Source: Formosa sp. Hel1_33_131 (lineage in GTDB: Bacteria > Bacteroidota > Bacteroidia > Flavobacteriales > Flavobacteriaceae). From it: a DNA stretch of 32,000 nucleotides. A program made the translations under genes and the position numbers. The notes beneath the pieces are model-generated. The model saw nothing but the letters and a program-made list of their open reading frames with translations, searched no databases and was not told where the DNA came from. Positions 1 through 10,542 of the stretch are shown piece after piece. Numbering within the stretch: the first letter of the stretch is position 1; every line of letters starts with the position of its first letter. Location of the stretch: NCBI RefSeq assembly GCF_001735745.1, contig NZ_CP017260.1, positions 1,140,001 to 1,172,000 on the forward strand, given 5' to 3'.

Positions 1-832
1 GAGTGGATTTTATAGGAACTATTTTATGTTTTCAATGCATTTATCTTTTCAATGTAAAATATGATTTTAGCTGACTGGCCTTCCCTGTTACGGGGTCATT
101 GTAATCTAATACAAACCAATAATCGCTAGACGGGAGACGTTCTCCGTTAAAAGTCCCATCCCAACCCTTACCTGTTGGACTGATTTGTTTTAACAATTTG
201 CCGTAACGGTCAAATATATAAGTTTTTGAGCTAGATTTCACTGTCATTCCTACGATATTCCATGTGTCGTGATATCCATCGCCGTTTGGTGTGAAAAATT
301 TTGGGTATCCTATCACTATTTTTCTATGAGTAATCTCATTACAGTTCAAAAGATCCCGTACATAAATAATATGTTCCCCTATCCTAACATTTTCAAATAG
401 GGTCTCCCGCTGCCAGGGTCCAAAATCAACTCTATACTCATAAACGCCTGTGCCTACAACGCTAACTTCTAGTTGATTATTGTCTGAAAACACGGGGGAT
501 AGTAGTGTGACATCTATGCTTTCGGGAGGATAGGAGCTTACGACTTCGGTGCTGGCTGGTATGCGACAACCGGAGGCGAGGTTCGTTGCGAGTACAGTGT
601 AGATGCCTTCTGAGTTTGGAGAGAAGGTGGCGCTGGTGGCGCCGGGTATTATAAAACTATTGGGGTCAAAATCAACTTCTTCGATGCTGCCCTTGTACCA
701 TTGAAAACTGTAAATGGCAGTACTTAGCTGGGTGTCGATTGGGGGGATGGGTAAAAATGTTTGGGTGACTGGACTAATGACTTGGTCGTTTTTGTTTAGA
801 CAGATCATATAACGGTCTAAGATGCCTATTTC

Positions 833-2943
833 GGGGACGGGATTGACAATGATGGTTAAGGGAATGATTATAAAGCAGTGATTTAATTTTGGTTTGACCC
901 GAATATAGATTTCCTGTGTCAGAACAATGGTGTTTTCAAAGTTGGTGGGGTCTGCAATATTGTTTGTATTGCCTGATTGTGCATCCATTTGGTCTTCGTA
1001 GTAGCTGATGTCAAAGTCTGCGGGGTTGAGTCCGTTTAATATTTGGGTTTCTCTTAATGTTAGATCAAAGTAATCAAAGCCGTTGTTGTCGATCTCACAT
1101 TCTTCTATCGGGGTGGGGGTTTTGTTTACATTGGCGTACAATACGGTGATTAAGTCTAGGGTGATGGTTTTTGTACATTGGTTGGTGCCTGTGGCGAGTA
1201 TGAGGATTGTTCTTGTGAAGGTGTTGTTTGTATAGGTTGTTGGATTGGGGATTGGATTGTTGGTGTCTAAATCCTGTTGGGTTTCAAAGTAGCTTAGTAC
1301 GATGCTGGGGTCGTTGTTTGTGATTTGGTCTTTTCGGATGGTTAAATCATAGACTGTGGTTACTTGGTCGTTACATTCAATGATCGGATCGGGAGTGAAT
1401 AGAACGGGGTTTAAATTTACGTGTAGTTGAAAGTTGATGTCGGTGCGCACGCATTCTCGTACATCTAGATTCATGTTGTTGTCTGGGTCAAATTGGGCTC
1501 TTACGTAAATGGTTTGGGGGTTGGTGGTGTTTGAGTAAGTGTTTGGATTTGGAATGGGGATGTTGTTTATGGCGTCTTGTTCACTTAGGTGGTAGCTGAT
1601 CAGGATGGGGGTGGTTTGACTGCCTATGAGTTCGGTGTCTTTGGTGGTTAAGTCAAAGGTGGTTTGAGTCGTGTCGCTACACAAAACATAGTCTGTAATG
1701 GTGTTTCTGTTGGGAAGGGGGTCAACGTTGAGGGTGATGTGGTGTCCGAGTCCCAAACAGGCATTGACATCGTTACTGTCGACACGGGCATAGATGTTTT
1801 GGGTGGTGGGATTTGCGCTGTTTCTGTATTTGGTGATGTCTGCTATGGGATTGGTCTCGGCTAGGGCATCGGCTTCTGAGATATAATAGGAAACGGTGAG
1901 GTTCTGATTGGTTGGAAGTTGGGCAAGGACTTGAGCGGTGGCATCACTAAAATCAAATACGGCAACGCCATTGGAGTTGTCGTTATCGACTTCTGTGTCG
2001 TCACAAACATAGTATTCTAGTTGAAAGGTGGAGGGGATGAGTGTGGCGCCTACGACTAAATTTATTTTTGAGACTCTAAAACATCCATGGATGGTTTCGG
2101 CTCGTGCATAGACAATACTCATTACTGGGGTTGGGTTGGTGTAAATGGTGGGAGTGGTGATCTGATCTGCTAGAAGGCCCATTTCTGCCTTGGCTGAACT
2201 CAGGTAGTAGGTGAAGGTTTCATTGGTATAGTCACTGGATATGAGTTGATTGGCTTCGGTTAAGTTAAAATCGGTAATACCATCGGTGTCGGTGTCGCAT
2301 TGCTTGAGGATGACTTCTAAATTCGCTACAGGTAACGGGTTGACTATGAGTTGAAAGTTGCTGGTGCCAAAACAGTCGACATTTAATTTGTTTTCGAGTC
2401 GTGCATAAATAGTCTGGGGGTTAGTGGTGTTTTGAATGGGGGGGGGGTGATCTGGGTGCCGTCCACAGCTGCATCGGCAGCAGCCTGATCGTAATAGAAT
2501 TTAACGGTATATTCAGAGGCCAGTTGAGAACCCAAAACCTCCGGAGTCTTAGTGCTTAAATCAAAGGTTACAAGTCCGTTGGTGTCGTCGCCATCGACTG
2601 CATCGTCGCAAAGACTGAAGTCATTCACAGAGGAAATTGAAGGTTCTGAAAAAACATTAAGCGTAAACGAAACGATTTCATAACACCCTGAAGTCAAATA
2701 TTCAAACCGACCGTAAATAATTTGTCCATGTACCCCTGAGAAAGCTGCTGCATCCGTCACTGAAATTGGATTGGTATCTGCATCTGCATCCGCTTGAGAC
2801 GTATGATATGTTAAAACAAAATCGGTTGGATTGGGATTGGGTGCAACTATAATAGCATCATTTTGAGAGAGATTGAAAACAACAGAGTTCGTCCCTGTTG
2901 TATCACACACAAATAAATCAATCGGATTTGCATGAATTAATTC
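833..2943 (-). repeat. Array of at least 7 tandem ~75-95-aa protein modules inside the adhesin gene
   Basis: Recurring pattern C-D-x(n)-F-D/N-L ... [ST]-[YF]-[YFH] ... D/E-A ... NPI ... IY-[AVG]-R ... C ... L-x-V-N-P. Examples: LTYHTSQADADADTNPI, VKFYYDQAAADAA, VSYYISEADALAETNPI, ISYHLSEQDAINNIPI, LSYFETQQDLDTNNPI, ISYYEDQMDAQSG. Boundaries are approximate. Confidence 0.6.
2438..2447. repeat. G10 homopolymer (C10 on the coding strand) at the frameshift point of the adhesin gene
   Basis: Counted directly: ggg at 2438..2440 plus ggggggg at 2441..2447. The coding strand reads ATC ACC CCC CCC CCA TTC. Confidence 0.95.
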
Positions 2944-4501
2944 TGGAATAACCTCAATGCAAACTTCTTTTGTAGATTCACAACCAAAATCATCCATGAC
3001 ACGATAGGTATAACAAAAGTTCCCGTCTGATGGTGGCTGTACAGTGATTATATTCCCCGAGGTATTGGTGATGGTGCTATTCGCATCCCAAGCTTCCGAA
3101 GTAATCACAGGAGTAAAAGAAATTTCTGGGGGTTGAATTGTAGGATCAAAATTTAAACCCCATGAGAAAACATACCCATTATCATAAACTTGATTATCCG
3201 TAATTTCAATACACCAATCTCCGTTTAAGGGGCTTCCAAGGAGTTGACTAAAAGATTGTACTGGTAAATAAACGCCAGGCACGACAGAAGCGCTAGGTGG
3301 GTTTGACCCAGCTATAACAGTAGTGCCGTTGAAAAGAAGTGTCGTTGCTGACATGGAAAAACAATAATCTGCTCCAACTCCAGCAACCGTAGATTCATCG
3401 TCATTAGGCTCTCCTAAATAAAGATTGCCACCACTTGGATATTCATGAAGTATAACTTCTTGTCCACTGGGACTGACAATCTTAATCTCTAAATCTTCTA
3501 GAAAAGAATGCTCTATATTGACACATATTTCTAAAAGTTGGTTAATAGCATCAAGGGTTTGATTAGATTCATAACAATCTATCGCTACACAAGTAGTATA
3601 AACAGCCCCATCTCCATCTGGCAAAAACGTTACGCCACTCACTGGAGGTGAACACTCACTTAAAAAAGAAACCCCTTTTGCAATTCCAGTGATTGTGGTT
3701 GATTCTCCAAAACAGAGGGTGGATTTTGTAGCGACTGTGCCTGTGAAATCAACAGGGGGAGCTACCTGAACGACTTGGTTTAATAAATTTGTATTTTTAC
3801 AACCTGTTGGGTCAATGCTTGTATTGGTATCAGAAATATTTAGATTTACTATATAGACTCCTGGTGTTGCATAAGAGAATGTAGCTGTTTGACCACTTTG
3901 TGTTGTCCCATCTCCAAGATTCCATTCATAAGAAGCACCAGCACCACTCGTTCCAAACTGTCCACTGCCTGTTAAGGTAATTTGTTCGTTGGGACATACC
4001 CGTATATATCCATCTGTATTAGGAGCTGGAACCGCTGTATCTATTTGAGAAATAATGGTCTGGCAAGGTTCATAACAGGAGATGTTTGCCGTCCAACCAT
4101 TGGCAGTTGTGGTTCCATCACTCACAAACCCTAGTGTTAAACAGCCAGAAGTGTTGGTCGCTTGGATCACTCCAGGGCTCATAGTTCCTGAGTAAGTACC
4201 GATAATAGGATCTGAAATACTTTGTCCATCAAAAATAACTAAGATATCCGTATTGGCTTGAGTATCAAAAGTCGTAAACTCTAATTTAGTGGATTGTCCT
4301 GCGTTTTGAGGACAAATTGTAAGGGTATAGTTTTCATTATCTGAGTAAACAGAATTTCCGCCTGAGTCAAATAAAACGCCGCTACATCGAGTGAATGTAC
4401 CATTTTGCATGTTGATGTCTTGCGCAAAAGCAATACAGCTGACAAGACCAAAGAATGCTGAAAGTAGGGTTTTCATTCTTAATATTTATTTGGGTGTCCT
4501 C

Positions 4502-4509
4502 CAAATATA
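4502..4509 (-). promoter_or_regulatory. Bacteroidota-type -7 box TATATTTG for the adhesin gene
   Basis: Plus strand caaatata is TATATTTG on the minus strand, 25 nt upstream of the ATG at 4476. Matches the TAnnTTTG consensus. Confidence 0.45.
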
Positions 4510-4524
4510 CATAAATTTCTTTAC

Positions 4525-4532
4525 TATCTTTG
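4525..4532 (+). promoter_or_regulatory. Bacteroidota-type -7 box TATCTTTG for the NifU-family gene
   Basis: TATCTTTG lies 14 nt upstream of the ATG at 4547. This supports the shorter start rather than the ORF-track start at 4391. Confidence 0.5.
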
Positions 4533-4546
4533 CGAAAATTAAAAAG

Positions 4547-5446
4547 ATGAAAAAAATAACCGTTTCAATTCAAGAAACTAGCAATGCAAAAATTATAAAA
4601 TTTGAAACGGATTCATTCCTTACAAAATACGAAAGTTTTGAATTTTCAAATATCGATGAGGCTAAAAATTCACCCTTAGCACAAGAGCTTTTTTACCTTC
4701 CTTTTGTAAAAAAGGTGTACATCTCAGGAAATTTTGTTGCTATAGAACGTTATGATATTATTGAGTGGAGCGATGTTCAAACGGAAGTTGGAGAACAGAT
4801 CGAAAATTACCTAAATGAAGGTGGTCCCGTTATTTTAAATGAAGATAAAAAGAAAAACCCGGTAACTGTGTATGCCGAAAGCACTCCAAACCCTGGGGTT
4901 CAAAAATTTGTAGCAAATAAAAGTTTAGTCTCACAGACATTTGAATTCACATCTATTGAGGAAGCTAAGTTATCTCCTTTTGCCACGGCACTCTTTCAGT
5001 TTCCTTTCGTGAAAGCTGTTTTTATTGATAAAAATTATGTGTCGGTTACAAAGTATGACATCGTGGAATGGGAAGCCATTACGCTGGAGTTAAGAGAATT
5101 TATGAAGTGCTATATTGAAGATGGCAAAGAAATGGTGTCCGCTGCTGCTGCACAGGTTCTAGAAAAAACGACAACTCAATTGGACGGTGCTTATGAATCT
5201 TTAGACGATACCTCAAAAGAGATTATAAATATTTTAGAAGAACACATAAAGCCAGCCGTTGCCAGTGATGGTGGGAACATTTTATTTGAGTCTTACGATG
5301 CCGCAACAAAAACGGTAAAGGTCATTTTACAAGGCGCTTGTAGCGGTTGTCCATCCTCTACCTATACGCTCAAAAGCGGTATTGAAGCGATGTTAAAAGA
5401 GATGTTAGCTGGCAGAGTGGAAATCGTAGAAGCTATTAATGGATAA
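4547..5446 (+). CDS. NifU-family Fe-S cluster assembly protein (two Nfu/NifU N-terminal-like domains plus a NifU C-terminal CxxC domain), 299 aa
   Basis: Two repeats of the pattern ...A..SPLA/SPFA..LF..PFVK.V.I..N.V...KYDI.EW. C-terminal KPAVASDGGNILFESYD...LQGACSGCPSSTYTLKSGIE. The ORF-track start at 4391 overlaps the adhesin gene; the ATG at 4547 (MKKITVSIQ) follows a -7 box. Confidence 0.85.
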   Translation: MKKITVSIQETSNAKIIKFETDSFLTKYESFEFSNIDEAKNSPLAQELFYLPFVKKVYISGNFVAIERYDIIEWSDVQTEVGEQIENYLNEGGPVILNEDKKKNPVTVYAESTPNPGVQKFVANKSLVSQTFEFTSIEEAKLSPFATALFQFPFVKAVFIDKNYVSVTKYDIVEWEAITLELREFMKCYIEDGKEMVSAAAAQVLEKTTTQLDGAYESLDDTSKEIINILEEHIKPAVASDGGNILFESYDAATKTVKVILQGACSGCPSSTYTLKSGIEAMLKEMLAGRVEIVEAING

Positions 5447-6554
5447 GAAGTTCCGAGACTTCTTTTCCAATCGCGCTGCCAATAGCGATGCCCATGCCTC
5501 CCATTCGAACCCCACAATAGACGTGGTTTGAGAGCTGCTTTACAATTGGTTTTTTTTGAGATCCAACGCCCATAATCCCCGACCAGCGGTATTCTATTTC
5601 AAATTCCCTGTCGGGTAGAATTGTGTTTTTAAGCAGTGCTTCTAAAGCATTTTGAATCCGATCCGTTTGAGAAAACTCTGTGGTATTCTCTGTATTAAAA
5701 TCTAAATTTCGACCGCCCCCTAATAAAATACGATTGTCTATATTTCTGAAATAATAATACCCACAATCTAAATGAAACGTCCCTTTAATATGTAAGTTTT
5801 TTAACGGCTTGGTAATTAGAACTTGAGCACGCGCTGGCTGCACATCTTCATTGATTAGTTGTTTTGCAAACCCGTTCGTTGTTAAAATCAATTTTGAAGA
5901 AGAAAACTCAAAATGATTTGTTTTGATATCGACTCTATTAGACTGTTCACTATAGGTTTCCACAGTGCTATTGTTTAAAATAATGACACCTTGCTCTTGA
6001 ACTTTTTTAATTAACGCCTGCATCATTTTTCCGGTATCTATTTGACCTTCAAACTGATTTCGTATGTAGTTGTTTTGAATGCCTGCAAAATCAAAACTGT
6101 TAGACACATTTGAAAATACATCAGCTTTAAAAATTGGTTTTAGAAGACTATTGACTTCCTGCATGTTTTTTAAACAGCGATCATAAAGACTGCGGTCTTT
6201 TTCTAAAAACAATTCATACCCTCCCAACTGCTGATACGATAGTGCGTCATCTCCAAGAGTATGCCTCAAAAGCTGAAGTCCCCTATGACGTTGGTTGAGA
6301 AGTTCTACAACTTCTTCTGTGGTATGTGATTCTAAATCCTGTAAAATTTCACTTAAACTCCCAAAACAGGCAAATCCAGCATTTTTAGTACTTGCCCCTT
6401 GAGGAAACAGTCCTTTTTCAAGAATGACTATTTTGGCATTAGAGGCCTTTTTTTTAAGATGGAGTGCCGTACTTAAGCCCACAATTCCGCTTCCAACAAT
6501 TGTGTAGTCGACATTGTTTAGCCACGTTTTTAGTTCCCAATAGGATAAATTCAT
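5436..6554 (-). CDS. FAD-dependent oxidoreductase (DAO-like family), 372 aa
   Basis: N-terminal Rossmann dinucleotide motif DYTIVGSGIVGLSTALHL...ILEKG. Substrate cannot be inferred. The 3' end overlaps the convergent NifU-family gene by 11 nt. Confidence 0.75.
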   Translation of the reverse strand: MNLSYWELKTWLNNVDYTIVGSGIVGLSTALHLKKKASNAKIVILEKGLFPQGASTKNAGFACFGSLSEILQDLESHTTEEVVELLNQRHRGLQLLRHTLGDDALSYQQLGGYELFLEKDRSLYDRCLKNMQEVNSLLKPIFKADVFSNVSNSFDFAGIQNNYIRNQFEGQIDTGKMMQALIKKVQEQGVIILNNSTVETYSEQSNRVDIKTNHFEFSSSKLILTTNGFAKQLINEDVQPARAQVLITKPLKNLHIKGTFHLDCGYYYFRNIDNRILLGGGRNLDFNTENTTEFSQTDRIQNALEALLKNTILPDREFEIEYRWSGIMGVGSQKKPIVKQLSNHVYCGVRMGGMGIAIGSAIGKEVSELLIH

Positions 6555-6604
6555 GAGCTAAAATTACAATTTTTAATTGGAGTATTTTACACTGGGTTTA
6601 GAAT

Positions 6605-6635
6605 AAAAAAAAACTCCGAATCAGATTCGGAGTTT
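6605..6635 (-). terminator. Intrinsic terminator downstream of accC
   Basis: The minus strand reads aaactccgaat-ctg-attcggagttt (11-bp stem) followed by a T-run (plus-strand A9 at 6605..6613). It starts 6 nt after the accC stop. Confidence 0.75.
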
Positions 6636-6640
6636 ATAAT

Positions 6641-7993
6641 TTAAGCGTCTTCAACAACTTTCATTGTGAAGTCTTCCATGAATTTAGTGGTATAATTACC
6701 TGATATATAATCAGGATGGTCCATCAACTGACGGTGAAATGGAATGGTTGTTTTGATGCCTTCAATTACAAATTCATCCAACGCACGTTTCATTTTACTA
6801 ATCGCTTCTTCTCGTGTTTGAGCGGTCGTGATAAGTTTCGCTATCATAGAATCATAATTCGGCGGAATACTATAGCCTGCATATACATGAGTATCTAAAC
6901 GAACCCCATGCCCACCAGGAGAATGTAAGGTTGTTATTTTACCCGGAGACGGTCTAAAATCATTAAACGGATCTTCTGCGTTAATTCTACATTCAATGGA
7001 ATGTAAGTTTGGTGTGTAGTTTTTTCCAGAGATCAACACTCCTGCTGCTACGGATATTTGCTCCCGTATCAAATCAAAATCAATCACTTGTTCTGTAATT
7101 GGGTGTTCTACTTGGATACGCGTATTCATTTCCATAAAAAAGAAATTACGATGTTTATCCACTAAAAACTCAACTGTTCCAGCACCTTCATACTTGATAT
7201 ATTCAGAAGCCAACACAGCGGCATCACCCATCTTTTTCCTTAGAGCAGTCGTCATAAAAGGCGACGGCACTTCTTCTGTTAATTTTTGATGACGGCGTTG
7301 AATCGAGCAATCTCGCTCAGACAAATGACAGGCTTTTCCATTAGAATCCCCTACAATCTGAATTTCGATATGTCTTGGCTCTTCAATGAGTTTTTCCATG
7401 TACATATCGTCGTTTCCAAACGCTGCTTTCGATTCTTGTCTGGCAGCATCCCAAGCCTCTTTAAGGTTTTCTTTTTTCCAAACGGCGCGCATTCCTTTTC
7501 CACCACCTCCAGCAGAAGCTTTTAGCATGACAGGATACCCCGTTTCTTTAGCTACTTTGATACAGTCTTCAAAAGTTTCAATCACTCCTTCACTTCCAGG
7601 AACGCAAGGAACACCGGCAGCTTTCATGGTTGCTTTGGCATTGGCTTTATCACCCATGCGGTCAATCATATCTGGAGAAGCACCAATAAATTTGATACCG
7701 TGTTCTTCACAGATTTTAGAAAACCGAGCGTTTTCAGATAGAAATCCATAACCAGGATGAATAGCATCGGCATTGGTAATTTCTGCAGCGGCAATGATAT
7801 TAGAAATTTTTAAATAGGATTCGCTACTGGCTGCAGGTCCGATACAAACCGCTTCATCTGCAAATTTTACATGCAGACTTTCAGAATCTGCAGTCGAATA
7901 TACAGCAACGGTTTGGATGCCCATTTCTTTACACGTTCTTATAACTCTAAGAGCTATTTCGCCACGATTGGCTACTAGTATTTTTTTAAACAT
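6641..7993 (-). CDS. accC: Acetyl-CoA carboxylase, biotin carboxylase subunit, 450 aa
   Basis: [27 protein letters not shown]-terminus, glycine loop [21 protein letters not shown]. Full-length ATP-grasp layout, located downstream of accB. Confidence 0.95.
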   Translation of the reverse strand: MFKKILVANRGEIALRVIRTCKEMGIQTVAVYSTADSESLHVKFADEAVCIGPAASSESYLKISNIIAAAEITNADAIHPGYGFLSENARFSKICEEHGIKFIGASPDMIDRMGDKANAKATMKAAGVPCVPGSEGVIETFEDCIKVAKETGYPVMLKASAGGGGKGMRAVWKKENLKEAWDAARQESKAAFGNDDMYMEKLIEEPRHIEIQIVGDSNGKACHLSERDCSIQRRHQKLTEEVPSPFMTTALRKKMGDAAVLASEYIKYEGAGTVEFLVDKHRNFFFMEMNTRIQVEHPITEQVIDFDLIREQISVAAGVLISGKNYTPNLHSIECRINAEDPFNDFRPSPGKITTLHSPGGHGVRLDTHVYAGYSIPPNYDSMIAKLITTAQTREEAISKMKRALDEFVIEGIKTTIPFHRQLMDHPDYISGNYTTKFMEDFTMKVVEDA

Positions 7994-8026
7994 ACCTTTT
8001 TACGCTTTAAAAATGTAAACTTATTA

Positions 8027-8500
8027 TTATGATGGGTCAACTAAAAATAACGGCTGGTCAAATTCAACTGGAGTTGCGTCATCCACAAGGATTTTTACAA
8101 TCTTACCAGAAATTTCTGACTCTATTTCGTTAAATAGTTTCATGGCTTCAATGACACAAAGCACATCGCCTTCTGAAATTGTTTGACCAACTTCTGCAAA
8201 TAATGGTTTATCTGGAGAAGGTCTTCGGTAGAAAGTTCCAATAATTGGAGATTTTACCGTAATGTATTTTGAATCTTCCGATACGACGGGTGCTGCTATT
8301 TGAACCTGAACAGGGGCTGCCTCATGTGGTGCTGGTGCTGCTTGCTGCATTGGAACCGCAGTTTGTTGAACAACAGTAGTCATTGAGTCCCCAGAACCCG
8401 TTTTGATGGTGATTTTGAAATCATCCGTTTCTAATTTCACTTCGCTTGTACCTGATTTAGCTACAAATTTGATTAAATTTTGAATTTCTTTTAAATCCAT
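8027..8500 (-). CDS. accB: Biotin carboxyl carrier protein of acetyl-CoA carboxylase, 157 aa
   Basis: Ala/Pro-rich linker (QQAAPAPHEAAPVQVQIAAP) and a C-terminal biotinyl domain with CVIEAMKLFNEIE. Confidence 0.9.
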   Translation of the reverse strand: MDLKEIQNLIKFVAKSGTSEVKLETDDFKITIKTGSGDSMTTVVQQTAVPMQQAAPAPHEAAPVQVQIAAPVVSEDSKYITVKSPIIGTFYRRPSPDKPLFAEVGQTISEGDVLCVIEAMKLFNEIESEISGKIVKILVDDATPVEFDQPLFLVDPS

Positions 8501-8538
8501 AATTACAGTTTTATTGTTTGGTTAGTTAGTTTATACAT

Positions 8539-9534
8539 TTAGGAATTATACGCCCATTTAAGGTATATAGACCCCCAATTAAATCCGCCACCAAATGCAG
8601 CGAATATTAGATTATCTCCTTTTTTTAATTTTGATTCGTAATCACTTAATAACAATGGAAGGGTCCCAGAAGTTGTGTTGCCATATTTTTCAATATTCAT
8701 CATCACTTTTTGGGGGTTCAAATTGATTCTGTTTGCGGTAGCATCTATAATTCGTTTGTTCGCTTGATGCGCTACCAACCAGTCAATCTTATCATTGTCT
8801 AAATTATTGCGTTCTAATATTTTTTCGGTGGCATCTGCCATGTTAAATACCGCGTTTTTAAAGACTGTTTTTCCATCCTGAAACACATACTGTGAGTGGT
8901 CTTTCAGAGATTCTTCTGTGATGGCATTGGCTGATCCGCCATGCGTGGCACGTAAAAATTCACGTCCAGATCCGTCACTTCTAAGGTATTCATCTTGAAC
9001 TCCAAATCCTTCTTCGTTAGGCTCAAAAAGAACGGCTCCTGCCCCATCTCCAAAAATGATGCACGTTGCTCGATCTTCATAACTGATCATTGAAGAATTT
9101 TTATCTGCGCCAATTAGCAGTACTTTTTTATGCTTACCAGATTGTATATAGCTTGACGCGACAGACATCCCGAATAAAAAACTGGAACAGGCAGCGTCTA
9201 AGTCAAATGAAAAAGCATTGGTCGCCCCAATTTCAGATGCAGTGTAAGCAGACGTTGAAGCTGCTTTCATGTCGGGGGTAGCCGTTGCCACAACGACAAG
9301 GTCTATCGTGGTTGGGTCTAAATTATTTTTTTGGATAAGGTCTTTAGCGGCTTGTATTGCTAAAAACGAGGTGCCTTTATTGGCTCCTTTAAGAATTCTA
9401 CGTTCTTTAATTCCTGTTCTTGATGTGATCCACTCATCATTCGTATCAACCATCGTTTCAAGAATCTTGTTGGTTAATATAAAGTCTGGCACATAGCCAC
9501 CTACGGCGGTTATAGCTGCTGAGATATTGGTCAT
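8539..9534 (-). CDS. fabH: 3-oxoacyl-ACP synthase III (KAS III), 331 aa
   Basis: Catalytic-triad contexts LDAACSSF (Cys), VAHQANKRI (His) and KYGNTTSGTLPL (Asn). N-terminus AITAVGGYVP. Confidence 0.9.
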   Translation of the reverse strand: MTNISAAITAVGGYVPDFILTNKILETMVDTNDEWITSRTGIKERRILKGANKGTSFLAIQAAKDLIQKNNLDPTTIDLVVVATATPDMKAASTSAYTASEIGATNAFSFDLDAACSSFLFGMSVASSYIQSGKHKKVLLIGADKNSSMISYEDRATCIIFGDGAGAVLFEPNEEGFGVQDEYLRSDGSGREFLRATHGGSANAITEESLKDHSQYVFQDGKTVFKNAVFNMADATEKILERNNLDNDKIDWLVAHQANKRIIDATANRINLNPQKVMMNIEKYGNTTSGTLPLLLSDYESKLKKGDNLIFAAFGGGFNWGSIYLKWAYNS

Positions 9535-9673
9535 AAAGTCTATTTTTTAACTTGGTGATTTTCAACGGAATTGTGTCGAAAACAACCAAAAAACGTTTCA
9601 AAAATAACCTTTTTTGGTTAAAAAAGCCCAAAAAATCATTTTTATTGCGTTTTTAGAGAAAATCTTGTGAAAC

Positions 9674-9701
9674 AAAAAAAACGCTCTAAAAGAGCGTTTT
9701 T
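9674..9701 (-). terminator. Intrinsic terminator downstream of rpmF (symmetrical, flanked by A-run and T-run)
   Basis: Plus strand aaaaaaaacgctct-aaa-agagcgttttt. On the minus strand the hairpin is followed by a T-run. It lies about 22 nt after the rpmF stop and separates rpmF from fabH. Confidence 0.7.
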
Positions 9702-9722
9702 AAATACTGTATGTAAAATTAC

Positions 9723-9926
9723 CTAGGCTGCGTTTTCTTCCGCTGCTGTAGTATCTACTAAGACTTGTCCTCTGTAGTATAATTTACCTTCATGCCAGTG
9801 CGCTCTGTGGTATAAGTGCGCTTCGCCAGTTGTTGGGCAAGTTGCTATTTGAGGCGTAGTTGCCTTGTAATGGGTACGTCTTTTATCTCTTCGTGTTCTG
9901 GAGATTTTTCTTTTAGGATGTGCCAT
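9723..9926 (-). CDS. rpmF: 50S ribosomal protein L32, 67 aa
   Basis: N-terminus [21 protein letters not shown], with the size and basic composition typical of bL32. Lies directly downstream of a DUF177 gene. Confidence 0.9.
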   Translation of the reverse strand: MAHPKRKISRTRRDKRRTHYKATTPQIATCPTTGEAHLYHRAHWHEGKLYYRGQVLVDTTAAEENAA

Positions 9927-9934
9927 TTTCTATA

Positions 9935-10474
9935 TTATTTATCCGTTAGTAATTTTTTTAATGTGTCCCAACGAGGGTCTATATCTTCTTGTTGAGGTTT
10001 ATTTTCTAAGCTTTGTGGGCTTAATGTTTCAAGTCTTTCAAGTATATCTGAGTCTATAGTTCCATCTTCTACTCCCGGATGAATCCGTTTTTGAGGAAAG
10101 GACAGAATAATTAATTCATAGATGTTGTGTGCGACATTAATTTCGTATTCGGCATGCGGGATAATTAAAATCGCCTCATGTTCGTTATTATACTCATTTC
10201 CAAACTGAACAACTAAATCAAAACTGGTGTTAACCGCCTGATCAAAAGGCTCGTTTGTTAAGTCACAATCTACGTTAATCGTTCCTTCTGCTAAAAATTT
10301 CAACTCTAAAAAGGTTGATTTTTTTTCAAGGTTTAGAACAATTTTAACGCTTACATCGTTAAACTCATCATATTCAAAATGCTCAAAGAACTTATAATCA
10401 ATTTCGTACTCGTAAACGTGCTTACCAAGCTTTAGCCCTACAAACTGTATGTCAAATGCTTTTAGTGGCTTCAT
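9935..10474 (-). CDS. YceD/DUF177-family protein, 179 aa from the first ATG
   Basis: Acidic ~180-aa protein immediately upstream of rpmF, the conserved yceD-rpmF pairing. The ORF-track start at 10498 is a TTG; the first ATG (MKPLKAFDIQF) is at 10474. Confidence 0.7.
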   Translation of the reverse strand: MKPLKAFDIQFVGLKLGKHVYEYEIDYKFFEHFEYDEFNDVSVKIVLNLEKKSTFLELKFLAEGTINVDCDLTNEPFDQAVNTSFDLVVQFGNEYNNEHEAILIIPHAEYEINVAHNIYELIILSFPQKRIHPGVEDGTIDSDILERLETLSPQSLENKPQQEDIDPRWDTLKKLLTDK

Positions 10475-10542
10475 GGTCTCGCATATTTGAGCCTGCAAAT
10501 ATATAAAATTTTATTAAGGCTAACAGCATAGCGTCTCATTTT

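Larger units (their letters stand above)
41..4476 (-). pseudogene. Giant T9SS-sorted cell-surface protein (signal peptide, CUB-like domain, PKD domain, proprotein-convertase P-domain, at least 7 tandem modules, type-B C-terminal sorting domain), split into ORFs 2383..4476 and 41..2182 by a frameshift in a C10 tract
   Basis: N-terminal ORF starts MKTLLSAFFGLVSCIAFAQ (signal peptide). It contains a CUB-like segment (TLICPQN...LEFTTFDT...ILVIFDG), a PKD-like segment (YEWNLGDGTTQSGQTATFSYATPGVYIVNLNISD) and a P-domain-like segment (VNIEHSFLEDLEIKIVSPSG...LNGDWCIEITD). C-terminal ORF ends PKFFTPNGDGYHDTWNI...SYFTLKR, the gliding-motility/T9SS type-B CTD signature. The span 41..4476 is 4436 nt. Adding one C to the tract gives 1478 codons plus stop, with no stop in the 200-nt bridge, which I translated by hand. 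Confidence 0.8.

Noticed and set aside
4391-4546. N-terminal extensions offered by the ORF track (4391..4546 NifU-family; 15430..15528 lipoprotein; 13934..14011 ORF6N copy 2; 10475..10498 DUF177; 29815..29856 TolC; 21106..21111 DUF2490-like)
   Set aside because: Each extension overlaps a neighbouring gene, contains the gene's own -7 box, or uses TTG ahead of a nearby ATG that yields a canonical N-terminus (a signal peptide, or homology to the paralogue).
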